The notes under the pieces were generated by a model. It was not told the origin of the DNA. It did no database searches and saw only the letters and a program-made list of their open reading frames with translations. Positions 25,511-33,640 of a DNA stretch of 33,824 nt are shown here, in pieces. The stretch covers positions 1-33,824 of the forward strand of contig JAJRTR010000163.1 in assembly GCA_024278215.1 (NCBI GenBank), written 5' to 3'. Position 1 is the stretch's first letter, and each line of letters starts with the position of its first letter. A program made the position numbers and the translations under genes. The DNA is from a bacterium. GTDB lineage: Bacteria; UBP15; UBA6099; JAJRTR01.

Positions 25511-28500
25511 TGACGGAGCTGAAAAAGAAGAAATTGCCGGTCGACCGCTGGGTGCCGCCGCTGCTGTTTATCGCCGTGTTCGGTTACATGCTGCTGTGCG
25601 CCGTGCCCGATCTGTACTGGGGCGACAGCGCGGAGATGACGGCGGTCTCGTGCGATATGGGTGTCGCGCATTCACCGGGCTACCCGCTGTATATAATGAT
25701 ATCGAAGTTGTTCGGCGCGCTTCCCTTTGCGACCTATCCGTTCCGTATAAACGTCATGAGCGCGTTTTTCGCGGCGCTGGCAGTGGTGCTTATATACAGG
25801 CTGGCGACGATGCTGATAGGGGGTTCACGAGTCGCCGGGCTCGTGGCGGCGGTCGGGCTGATGGGGTGCCGTGAGTTCGTGCGTTTCGGGCTGTACGCGG
25901 AAGTCTACGCGCTGCATATAGCGCTGTTGGCGGGGGTGCTGCTGCTTGTGGCCGGTCACTACAGGCGCGGTGGCGACCTGCGAATAGTTTTCGCGCTCAT
26001 GCTGGCGGGTATCGGGATGACGCACCACATAATGATGATATTCGTGCTGGGCGCGGTGCTGTTCTACATGCTGATCGCGCCGGGGCACAGGCTGCGGATC
26101 GCGGCCGGAGTGCCGGTGCTGTTGTGCGGCGAGGGAGTCATACTGATATTCCGCACACACGCGACAGCGCTTCAGACGATGCAGTATTTCCAATACGGGC
26201 TGTATGCAGCGGTCGCGCTCTTTGCAATATACACGGGTATAGTCTTCTGGAAGAAAAAGAATGCCGCGTCGACGCTGAAACTCGCGTTCGCCGCGCTCTT
26301 CATCCCCGCGCTGTGCCTGTTGCTGTTTGTCTATATCCCGTTCGCTGCTTCGCGCAGGCCGGTATCCGACTGGTGGGCACCGAGTTCCGCCGCGAACTTC
26401 ATCAGCCTGCTGCTTGTGCAGGGTTACGCTTCGACATTCCCGGCGAGCGGTCTCGAATGGCTGCAAAGATTGAACCTGATGGGAGTGCTGCTGCAAGTGC
26501 CATTTCTGATTATGCTCGTGGCGCTGCCGGGGCTGGTATATCTGCTGTGGAAAAAGACGCGCGCGGGCCTGTTCCTGCTCGTGTTCATGGTGGCGGCGTT
26601 CGCCGGTTCGCTGCTGGTGGCGCACGGCAAGCCGGACGCGCTGAGGCTGCCGGTGTACGTGACGATATACGTCATGGCGGGCGTCGGCGCGGGCACGATA
26701 ATCGGCTGGCGGTTTCTCCAGGGAAGTGTGTTCAAGAGGGTGTTGAGAACGGTTGCGCTGGTTATTGTGGGCGTGATTCTCGCGCTGAATCTCGCCGACA
26801 CCGATCTGCGATACATGAACCGCAGCGGCGGCTCGCGCGAACTGGGCGAGGCTATTATCAACCAGGTGCTGCCGGGCAGTTTCCTTTTCATCGGCACCAA
26901 CTCGCCCAGCATCATGGGCTACCTCGAATCATGTGAGCCGGAAAAGGTGTCGGATAAAGATATTACCATGATCCCCGTCTCTTTCCTTCCTTTCGAGTGG
27001 AAGCTCGATCAGTTGCGGCGGAAGTATCCGGATGTGATTTTCCCGGCACCGCCCGCCGAATGGGACAACAACCCCATCTTCAGGGTCGACGATCCCCTGC
27101 GCGCAAGATATGCCGAGGAGATTCTCGAAAGCAACAGCAAGAAGACCGGCGTGTACTCGGACTTTCAGTTCCTGACCGACGAATACGGGCGGTTCACGAT
27201 TCCACACGGTGCCGCCTACCAGCTTGTGCCCACTGACGTATCCCCTGATCGTATCAAGGAAATGATGGACGCCGATGTGCCGCCGGAATGGAATAAAGAG
27301 CAATATCGCGACGTTGTCAGCGCTACCAATATCGCTTCGGTATACAACGAGCGCGGAAAGATATTTTTCGAATATGCGCTGAGCGACATGGACGAAACGC
27401 TGGTCCGCAGGGCACTGGACGAATTTAAAAAAGCGTTGGGAATTATTGACACCGCGCTCGACAAGTATGATCGCGCTCTAAGAGTCGAAAAAGCCGCCAT
27501 AGATACTATGAGCAATGTTCTCGACAGGAAGAAAACCGGTACGGAAGATGAGCCCGGTATCGACGTAAATATTCAATTGGACCTTGTGGGCGAAAAAGAC
27601 GAAGATGAAGACAAATGGAGAGTGTTTTACGGCCAGTTGCGCGAGTTGCTCGACCTGCGCGCCGAAGTGATGTCCAACAGGGGCCAGTGCCGCATCTTTT
27701 ACGGGCAGTCGAGAGAAGGGCTGAAGCTTATGCAGAAGGCGATCCGGCTCTCGCCGCTGAACCCCCGCCTGTACGAAACACTCGCCACGGCTTACTACCG
27801 CACCCAGTCGGCCGCCGGGTCGACCAGGGCCATCGCGCTCTGGAGCGCCGTCACAAAACTCGACCCGAACAACGCGCGCGCCTACCACAACATAGGGAGC
27901 GCGCTGGTCGGAATACGTCAGGCGGAAAAAGCGATACCTTATTATACGAAAGCTATCAGCATCGACCCGGACTACAAATCCGCTTACATCAACCTCGGGC
28001 GCGTCTTCAACAAGCTGGGCAACTGCGCCATGGCCGCCACCACGCTCGAACAGGCGAAAAAACAATTGCCGCAGGACCTCACGATCAGGAGCGAGCTCGT
28101 GCAGCAATATGCCGAGTGCGGCATGCAGCACCTTTACGCGGCGGAAGTCGAATCCATGATCGCCGATTTCCCGCGCAATAAAGAACTCTTCTACACACTC
28201 GGCATCATTTTCAGGAACGTCAAACAGGTGGGCAACCTCGCTAAAGCTATCGAGGCGCTCAAGGACCTCGACCCGGACTTCCCCGTCCGTACACTTTTTA
28301 CCTCCATGCAGGATTGCCGCGAAGCGATTCCACTGATCGAGGACCTCCTGAAATACGTTTCCGACGATCCGTACCTGCGGCTCGAGTTGAGCCTGCGCTA
28401 CGGGGCGTGCGGAGAAGTCGATAAAGCTATAAAGGTGATGGAATATATCGTCGACAATTACCCGTCCCTTACGGCGGCCCCGATAATGCTCGAAAGAATG

Positions 28501-28599
28501 AAAGACCCGAATGCCAAAACCCTGCTCGCGCCCGACATGCCGGACATCGGCGACGGGGCTGCGGATTATTACGAAAAGTACAAGTTGCAGCAACCGTGA
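25510..28599 (+). CDS. DUF2723 (TMEM260-like, GT-C fold) membrane protein with C-terminal TPR array
   Basis: WGDSAEM......GVAHSPGYPLY, AEVYALH, GMTHH and many TM segments. TPRs in the C-terminal ~400 aa (e.g. AYHNIGSAL......KAIPYYTKAISIDPDYKSAYINLG). ATG overlaps the upstream TGA (TGATG). Confidence 0.85.
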   Translation: MTELKKKKLPVDRWVPPLLFIAVFGYMLLCAVPDLYWGDSAEMTAVSCDMGVAHSPGYPLYIMISKLFGALPFATYPFRINVMSAFFAALAVVLIYRLATMLIGGSRVAGLVAAVGLMGCREFVRFGLYAEVYALHIALLAGVLLLVAGHYRRGGDLRIVFALMLAGIGMTHHIMMIFVLGAVLFYMLIAPGHRLRIAAGVPVLLCGEGVILIFRTHATALQTMQYFQYGLYAAVALFAIYTGIVFWKKKNAASTLKLAFAALFIPALCLLLFVYIPFAASRRPVSDWWAPSSAANFISLLLVQGYASTFPASGLEWLQRLNLMGVLLQVPFLIMLVALPGLVYLLWKKTRAGLFLLVFMVAAFAGSLLVAHGKPDALRLPVYVTIYVMAGVGAGTIIGWRFLQGSVFKRVLRTVALVIVGVILALNLADTDLRYMNRSGGSRELGEAIINQVLPGSFLFIGTNSPSIMGYLESCEPEKVSDKDITMIPVSFLPFEWKLDQLRRKYPDVIFPAPPAEWDNNPIFRVDDPLRARYAEEILESNSKKTGVYSDFQFLTDEYGRFTIPHGAAYQLVPTDVSPDRIKEMMDADVPPEWNKEQYRDVVSATNIASVYNERGKIFFEYALSDMDETLVRRALDEFKKALGIIDTALDKYDRALRVEKAAIDTMSNVLDRKKTGTEDEPGIDVNIQLDLVGEKDEDEDKWRVFYGQLRELLDLRAEVMSNRGQCRIFYGQSREGLKLMQKAIRLSPLNPRLYETLATAYYRTQSAAGSTRAIALWSAVTKLDPNNARAYHNIGSALVGIRQAEKAIPYYTKAISIDPDYKSAYINLGRVFNKLGNCAMAATTLEQAKKQLPQDLTIRSELVQQYAECGMQHLYAAEVESMIADFPRNKELFYTLGIIFRNVKQVGNLAKAIEALKDLDPDFPVRTLFTSMQDCREAIPLIEDLLKYVSDDPYLRLELSLRYGACGEVDKAIKVMEYIVDNYPSLTAAPIMLERMKDPNAKTLLAPDMPDIGDGAADYYEKYKLQQP

Positions 28600-28683
28600 G
28601 CTGTGGCAACAGCATCGAAAAGTTGCAGGCATTCAGAGGTCCACAACGGCAGCCCCGCACCGCGAAGAGAGGAGAGGATATCG

Positions 28684-31170
28684 TTGTCCGAGAATAACGA
28701 CAGCAGAAAACGCGCTACAGTAATCGAACTGATCAGCCGGGTCGGGCAGACACTTCAGTCGTCCCGCGGCCTCGAATCTATCCTAAAAGACATCATTGAA
28801 ATCATCATCGAGCTGATGGCTGCCGATGCATGCTCGATATACCTCTACGAAGACGGCTTGCTGAGGCTCAAGTCGACAAAGGGCATGGGATTCACCGAAG
28901 ACGAGAAGATCACCATCGGACTGGGCGAAGGAATAACGGGTCTCACGGCACTCGATAAAAAGCCATACGCGATTCGCGATATCGACGCCAGGGAAGACCT
29001 TGGAAATATCCCCATAAGAGGATCGAAGAAATTCCGCGCGCTGCTGAGTGTCCCAATGTTGGACGGCGATAAACTTATCGGCGTTATGAACGTGTGGAAA
29101 AAGGAACCTTACGAGCACACCGAAACAGAAAAGAATTTCATAATGTTCATCGCAACACAGCTCGTGGGTTCGATACGCATCACACAGCTTTACGAAGAAG
29201 TCATTCGCGGTTTCAGGGAGATAGCGACAATTCACCAGGTCGGGCAGATCGTATCGTCGGTGCTCGAACTCGACGAATTGCTGCCCGTGATCGCGAGAAC
29301 GATATGCGAACACCTTTCGGCGCGCGGTTGTGTCGTGCGGCTGCTCAATCCCGACAACGGCCTGCTCGAGATACGGGGCTACTACGGCATAACCCCCGAG
29401 CAGGCCGCCGGCAGGGGCCTCGAGCCGGGAGAAGGCATCCCCGGACAGGTCGTTTCGTCAAGTGCACCGGTGATAAGAAAAGAACCTTGCGAGTTCGATG
29501 ACGAACAACCCCGCGATCTCGAAAACATGCAATGTTCGATAATATGCGTTCCACTGACATACAAAAACAAGGTCATCGGCACACTCGGCGTCTTCGATAA
29601 AATACTGCCTTTCAGCAACGAACCAGCGCTCTTCGAGAACGAAGACATCGGGCTCGTGTCCATGATCGGCAACCAGGTCGCTATGGCCATCGACAACGCC
29701 CACCTCTACAACGCCGCAAAACAATACGCTCAGGAAAAAGACCTTCGCATCAAGGAACTGTCGCTGCTGCTCGAGATAACAAACGTAATGCGCAGTTCCA
29801 CAGACCTCGACGAACTTCTCTACATGATACTTACAAGTGTCACGATGGGCGAAGGACTCGGCTTCAACAGGGCGCTGCTCTTCCTCACGGATGACAACGA
29901 CAGAGTCCTCGACGGGAAAATGGCTGTCGGGCCGCTAAGGCCTGAAGATGCCGAACGGCACTGGAACGCCATCGTAGACAAATCGAACAAAACATTATAC
30001 GAAAAGGTCAAGGAATACGGTCGCCTCAACATGGAAATGGGTTTCGAGATCGACAGGCGCATCAAGTCCGCTTCCATACCGCTCTCCGCCGAAAAAGGCG
30101 TCATCGCCAGAACAGCACTCGAGCGCAGTACTTTCAATGTTACTGATTACTGTCCGCCCGAACACAGCGAGGAACAGATCATCGCGCAACTCGGCTTTTC
30201 TACTTTCGTTTCCGTGCCCCTGATAGCGAAAGACAGGGTGATCGGCGTGGTAGTCGTCGACAACCTTATCACGAAAGAACCTATCACCGACGACCTGGTG
30301 AAGTTCCTGAAGCTGTTTGCAAACCAGGCGGCAAGCGCCATCGAAATGGGCTGGGTATATAAAAACCTCGAGCGCACGAACCGCCACCTCATCGACGCGC
30401 GCGACCTGCTTGTGCGCACGAAAACACTCGCCACTCTCGGCGAGTTCTCCGCCGGGGTCGCCCACGAACTGCGCAACCCGCTCGTCGCTATCGGCGGCTT
30501 CTCGAAACGCCTTGCGAAGATGCTCGACGGCGAATCGAAAGAAGCCCGCTATGCCGCTATTATTTCACGAGAGGTCGAAGGCCTCGAAAAAATACTCAAC
30601 CAGATACTCGATTTCGTCGGCGGCGCGAAACCCTCCTTCAAACGCGCCGACATGGTGAATCTTATCGAACAGGTACTCAGGCTGTTTAACGCGAGTTTCC
30701 GCGAAAATAATATCGAAGTGCTTACAGATTACGACAGTCGCGTCAACGAACTTGTTGTCGACGAGGTGCAGATGCGGCAACTGTTCATCAACCTCGTGAA
30801 AAACGCGATCGAGGCGATGAAAGGCGAAGGCGGCACGCTGAGTATTGCCTCCGCGCTTGTCGAGGAAGGCGCAGGCGGCGTCGGATTCGAGATATCCGAC
30901 ACTGGAAGCGGAATCCATGCCGAGGACCTCGAACACATTTTCGATCCTTTTTTCACAAAAAAGGAAGAAGGTACAGGACTCGGGCTGCCGATGTGCTCGC
31001 GCATTGTCGAAGGCAGCCACGGCGGCCGCATTTTCGTCGACAGCAAAATAGGGCGCGGCACAAATATCCTCGTATGGCTGCCCGTCGATACCATCCCGGC
31101 CGAGGGCAGACTGAACTTCGAAGACGCTCAGAAAATGCAGGAACACAACCGGTTGCCGACAAACTTATAA
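28684..31170 (+). CDS. Cytoplasmic sensor histidine kinase with three GAF domains
   Basis: Three GAF-like repeats (GEGITG/LSVPM, GEGIPG/ICVPL, FVSVPL..VDN). H-box AHELRNPL, N-box NLVKNA, DTGSGI, FDPFFT, GTGLGL. No TM segment. TTG 28684 follows a GAGGA RBS (alternative GTG at 28603). Confidence 0.9.
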   Translation: MSENNDSRKRATVIELISRVGQTLQSSRGLESILKDIIEIIIELMAADACSIYLYEDGLLRLKSTKGMGFTEDEKITIGLGEGITGLTALDKKPYAIRDIDAREDLGNIPIRGSKKFRALLSVPMLDGDKLIGVMNVWKKEPYEHTETEKNFIMFIATQLVGSIRITQLYEEVIRGFREIATIHQVGQIVSSVLELDELLPVIARTICEHLSARGCVVRLLNPDNGLLEIRGYYGITPEQAAGRGLEPGEGIPGQVVSSSAPVIRKEPCEFDDEQPRDLENMQCSIICVPLTYKNKVIGTLGVFDKILPFSNEPALFENEDIGLVSMIGNQVAMAIDNAHLYNAAKQYAQEKDLRIKELSLLLEITNVMRSSTDLDELLYMILTSVTMGEGLGFNRALLFLTDDNDRVLDGKMAVGPLRPEDAERHWNAIVDKSNKTLYEKVKEYGRLNMEMGFEIDRRIKSASIPLSAEKGVIARTALERSTFNVTDYCPPEHSEEQIIAQLGFSTFVSVPLIAKDRVIGVVVVDNLITKEPITDDLVKFLKLFANQAASAIEMGWVYKNLERTNRHLIDARDLLVRTKTLATLGEFSAGVAHELRNPLVAIGGFSKRLAKMLDGESKEARYAAIISREVEGLEKILNQILDFVGGAKPSFKRADMVNLIEQVLRLFNASFRENNIEVLTDYDSRVNELVVDEVQMRQLFINLVKNAIEAMKGEGGTLSIASALVEEGAGGVGFEISDTGSGIHAEDLEHIFDPFFTKKEEGTGLGLPMCSRIVEGSHGGRIFVDSKIGRGTNILVWLPVDTIPAEGRLNFEDAQKMQEHNRLPTNL

Positions 31171-31643
31171 CACAAACCGAGTTGCGTATAGTAGGCTTAC
31201 CCATTTTCCCCATAAACTCCCTTTTTAACCAGATTGGTGAAATATGCGGGGTAACGACTGAAGCTTTATTCGAGGCAGTTGCATCAAAACCATTCCCACA
31301 AAACATAAATTTGCAACAGACTCCTTGCTTTTTCACCATATTCGTCCTATGATGAATATGTAACATTATTTATTGCCGTTTTGTGTGCGGAATCAAAGTA
31401 ATAAGTGTAGTGTTATGTCAACAAGGGAAAGACGTAACATTGGTTAGCGTAACAACAATAAAATAAAAATGTAGGGCGGGTTCAGCGTACCCCGCCTCAG
31501 CTTGTGCCGGTAAAAACCGTTTTCGCGGGAAATATGATTAGACAGGGTATGGTGATTCCGCCCTTGTCTACACATCTTGCGCATTTACAAGTGTACATGA
31601 CAGAAGGTGCCGAACAACAGGCGGCGCGGGAGGAACAGATAAA

Positions 31644-32837
31644 ATGCAGATACTTGATTTGAAAGGCAGTGCCTACGAGCGCGGGCTCGCCCAGGGAGAG
31701 CACAACGGCGACGCGTACAGGGAAATGCTCGATATGTTTTTCTCGTCCGAGATGTGGAAAGAAAACAAACCCAAACTGCTGCCCACGTCACTTATAAAAG
31801 TGGCACTGGGGCTGCTCGGCACCCACTACACAAAAAAAGCGGTCGCGGAGTATATGCCGGTCCAGCTCGATCGAGTGCGCGGGCTCGGCGAAGCCCTCGA
31901 CGCGGGCAAAGGTTTTATCTGGGGCATACAGTTTATGGAAATAATGTTCTGCGAAGCCGGTTCCAGCCTCGTCGCACCCAGCATGGGATGTTCGCAGGCA
32001 CACGCCACACCGAAGGCCACACGCGACAACGTGCCGCTCATCGGCAGAAACTACGATTTCCCGAACATGCTCCGCGACTACCAGATGGTGCGCCGCGAGC
32101 AGCCGTCCGAACCCGGCAGACTCGCCACGATATGCGTATCCCAGATACCGCTCGCCGGTCCGCACATGGGGATCAACGAGGCCGGACTCGTCGTCTGCGC
32201 CAATAACGCGCGTCTCTGGAAAGGCGACGACCTCAAATATTCAGGCATACCGTACCAGTTGCTGATGCTCGAAATACTCGAAACCTGCCGCACGGTGAAG
32301 GAAGCGTCGGATTTTGTCGTAAACTTCCCCGCCCGCGCGAACGCCGGTTTCATCGGCCTGATGGACGCTTCAGGCGACGACTGCGTCGTCGAGTTCACAG
32401 CCGCCCGCACAGCCGTTCGCCGTCCGAATGAAAAAGGTGTCATGGCACAGACCAACCACTTCCACGCCATGCCCGAAGCCAACCTGCCCGACGGCACTTA
32501 CTGGACCGTAAAGGGCATGGAAGGACTCGAATACGCCACATCAACAAAAACACGCTTCGCCGCCGCCGACAGGCTTCTCAACGAATATGCCGGTGACATC
32601 GGCATAGACACACTGAAAACGATCCTCTCCGATCACAGCGGCAACAACGGTGTCGGAAGCGACAACACTGTCTGCTGCCACGGCGACGCGGGCAGCACAC
32701 TTTGCAGCATGATAATGGATATAAAGAACAGGCGCATGCTCATCGCCGAAGGCAACCCCTGCTCGAGCGAATACATTGAAGTGTCCTTCGACAGGATCGA
32801 CACAGGCGCGAAGCTCGAACAGGCCGCAAGCAGATAA
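31644..32837 (+). CDS. Peptidase C45 family Ntn-hydrolase (acyl-CoA:6-APA acyltransferase-like)
   Basis: GSAYERG..QG, internal G-C-S autoprocessing site, GRNYD, GINEAGL, TNHF, GNPC. GGAGG RBS. Confidence 0.85.
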   Translation: MQILDLKGSAYERGLAQGEHNGDAYREMLDMFFSSEMWKENKPKLLPTSLIKVALGLLGTHYTKKAVAEYMPVQLDRVRGLGEALDAGKGFIWGIQFMEIMFCEAGSSLVAPSMGCSQAHATPKATRDNVPLIGRNYDFPNMLRDYQMVRREQPSEPGRLATICVSQIPLAGPHMGINEAGLVVCANNARLWKGDDLKYSGIPYQLLMLEILETCRTVKEASDFVVNFPARANAGFIGLMDASGDDCVVEFTAARTAVRRPNEKGVMAQTNHFHAMPEANLPDGTYWTVKGMEGLEYATSTKTRFAAADRLLNEYAGDIGIDTLKTILSDHSGNNGVGSDNTVCCHGDAGSTLCSMIMDIKNRRMLIAEGNPCSSEYIEVSFDRIDTGAKLEQAASR

Positions 32838-33104
32838 GAGTACGTCCGCGAAGATTCTACGCGAACTTGCACGGAAATAATTTTGCAGGCGGTTCTGCAA
32901 CTTGAACCCGCATTGGTGAGAGATCCGGTGGAATCGCGATAACGCCTGTTCTACGCCCGTTGCGGCAGCGATTCGGGATCGACCGCATGTCGGCATTTTG
33001 TGCAAGAGGCCGGTAGACCGGCTGCTCTCTCACCTCTCGCTTGTCGTGCTTTGTATTATAAGCGTTCTTCCGATTTTTGAACCCGTGTTTGTGAAATATG
33101 CAAG

Positions 33105-33482
33105 TTACGCGCGGTAAAACTTTTCAAGATGGTCTTCGATGGTCTTTTTGGGGAGCAGACCTGTTTCGAGAAGCAACTCGGGCGGCAGGTCGGCGTCATG
33201 TTTTTGTTCTATCAGCACACTTTCTATCTGTTCGCCCGTCATGTAGCCTTTGCGTTGCATGAGTTCGCCGACAAGCAACTCATCGTTGGCCGCGGCTTTC
33301 TCTTCGAGCACTTCCTGAAGTTGCTCGAAAGTGATATAGCCCTTCCGCAGCGCTATCACGCCGAACAGCAGGCGCGTCCTCCCGATAGTATGAAAAGTCT
33401 CAGCCTTTGTAGCGTCAATAACGCCTTCACTGTGAAGGTACTGGATGAAGTCGTGCACTGTTTTTTTCCTGTCCGCCCTCAT
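33105..33482 (-). CDS. Small protein of degenerate MshEN-like (GxxLxxxGxxTxEQxxxxL) repeats
   Basis: FGVIALRKGYITFEQLQEVLEEK, VGELMQRKGYMTGEQIESVLIEQ and a third weaker repeat. ATG at 33482, or TTG at 33512. Confidence 0.65.
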   Translation of the reverse strand: MRADRKKTVHDFIQYLHSEGVIDATKAETFHTIGRTRLLFGVIALRKGYITFEQLQEVLEEKAAANDELLVGELMQRKGYMTGEQIESVLIEQKHDADLPPELLLETGLLPKKTIEDHLEKFYRA

Positions 33483-33640
33483 TGTATATAGCTTTATTTC
33501 CTCACGGGGCAATTCTTATACATTTTGTGCATACCCCCCGAACGGTTCTTTCAAACATCGCATCCGGAGAAAAATGATTCGAGAATATACCTGATTATTT
33601 CTTATCTGTCCGTTAGATTCCTGTTCTGGATAGGTTAATT

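Noticed and set aside
14844-28599. RiPP (e.g. proteusin/polytheonamide-type) cluster
   Set aside because: No precursor with leader/core structure, no recognisable RRE/PqqD domain, and no peptidase-transporter in the window. The partner genes are GT-C-like.
31394-31423. dif/Xer-like site (ATAA-gtgtagtg-TTATGTCAAC)
   Set aside because: The XerD-like arm is plausible, but the spacer is 8 nt rather than 6 and the XerC arm is poor. This is likely chance in an AT-rich tract.
32901-33034. 6S RNA, suggested by CTTGAACC / GGGTTCAAG
   Set aside because: The complementary partner needed for the 6S closing stem is absent. The second TTGAACCCG (33077) is a direct repeat, not an inverted one. Kept only as an unassigned structured region.
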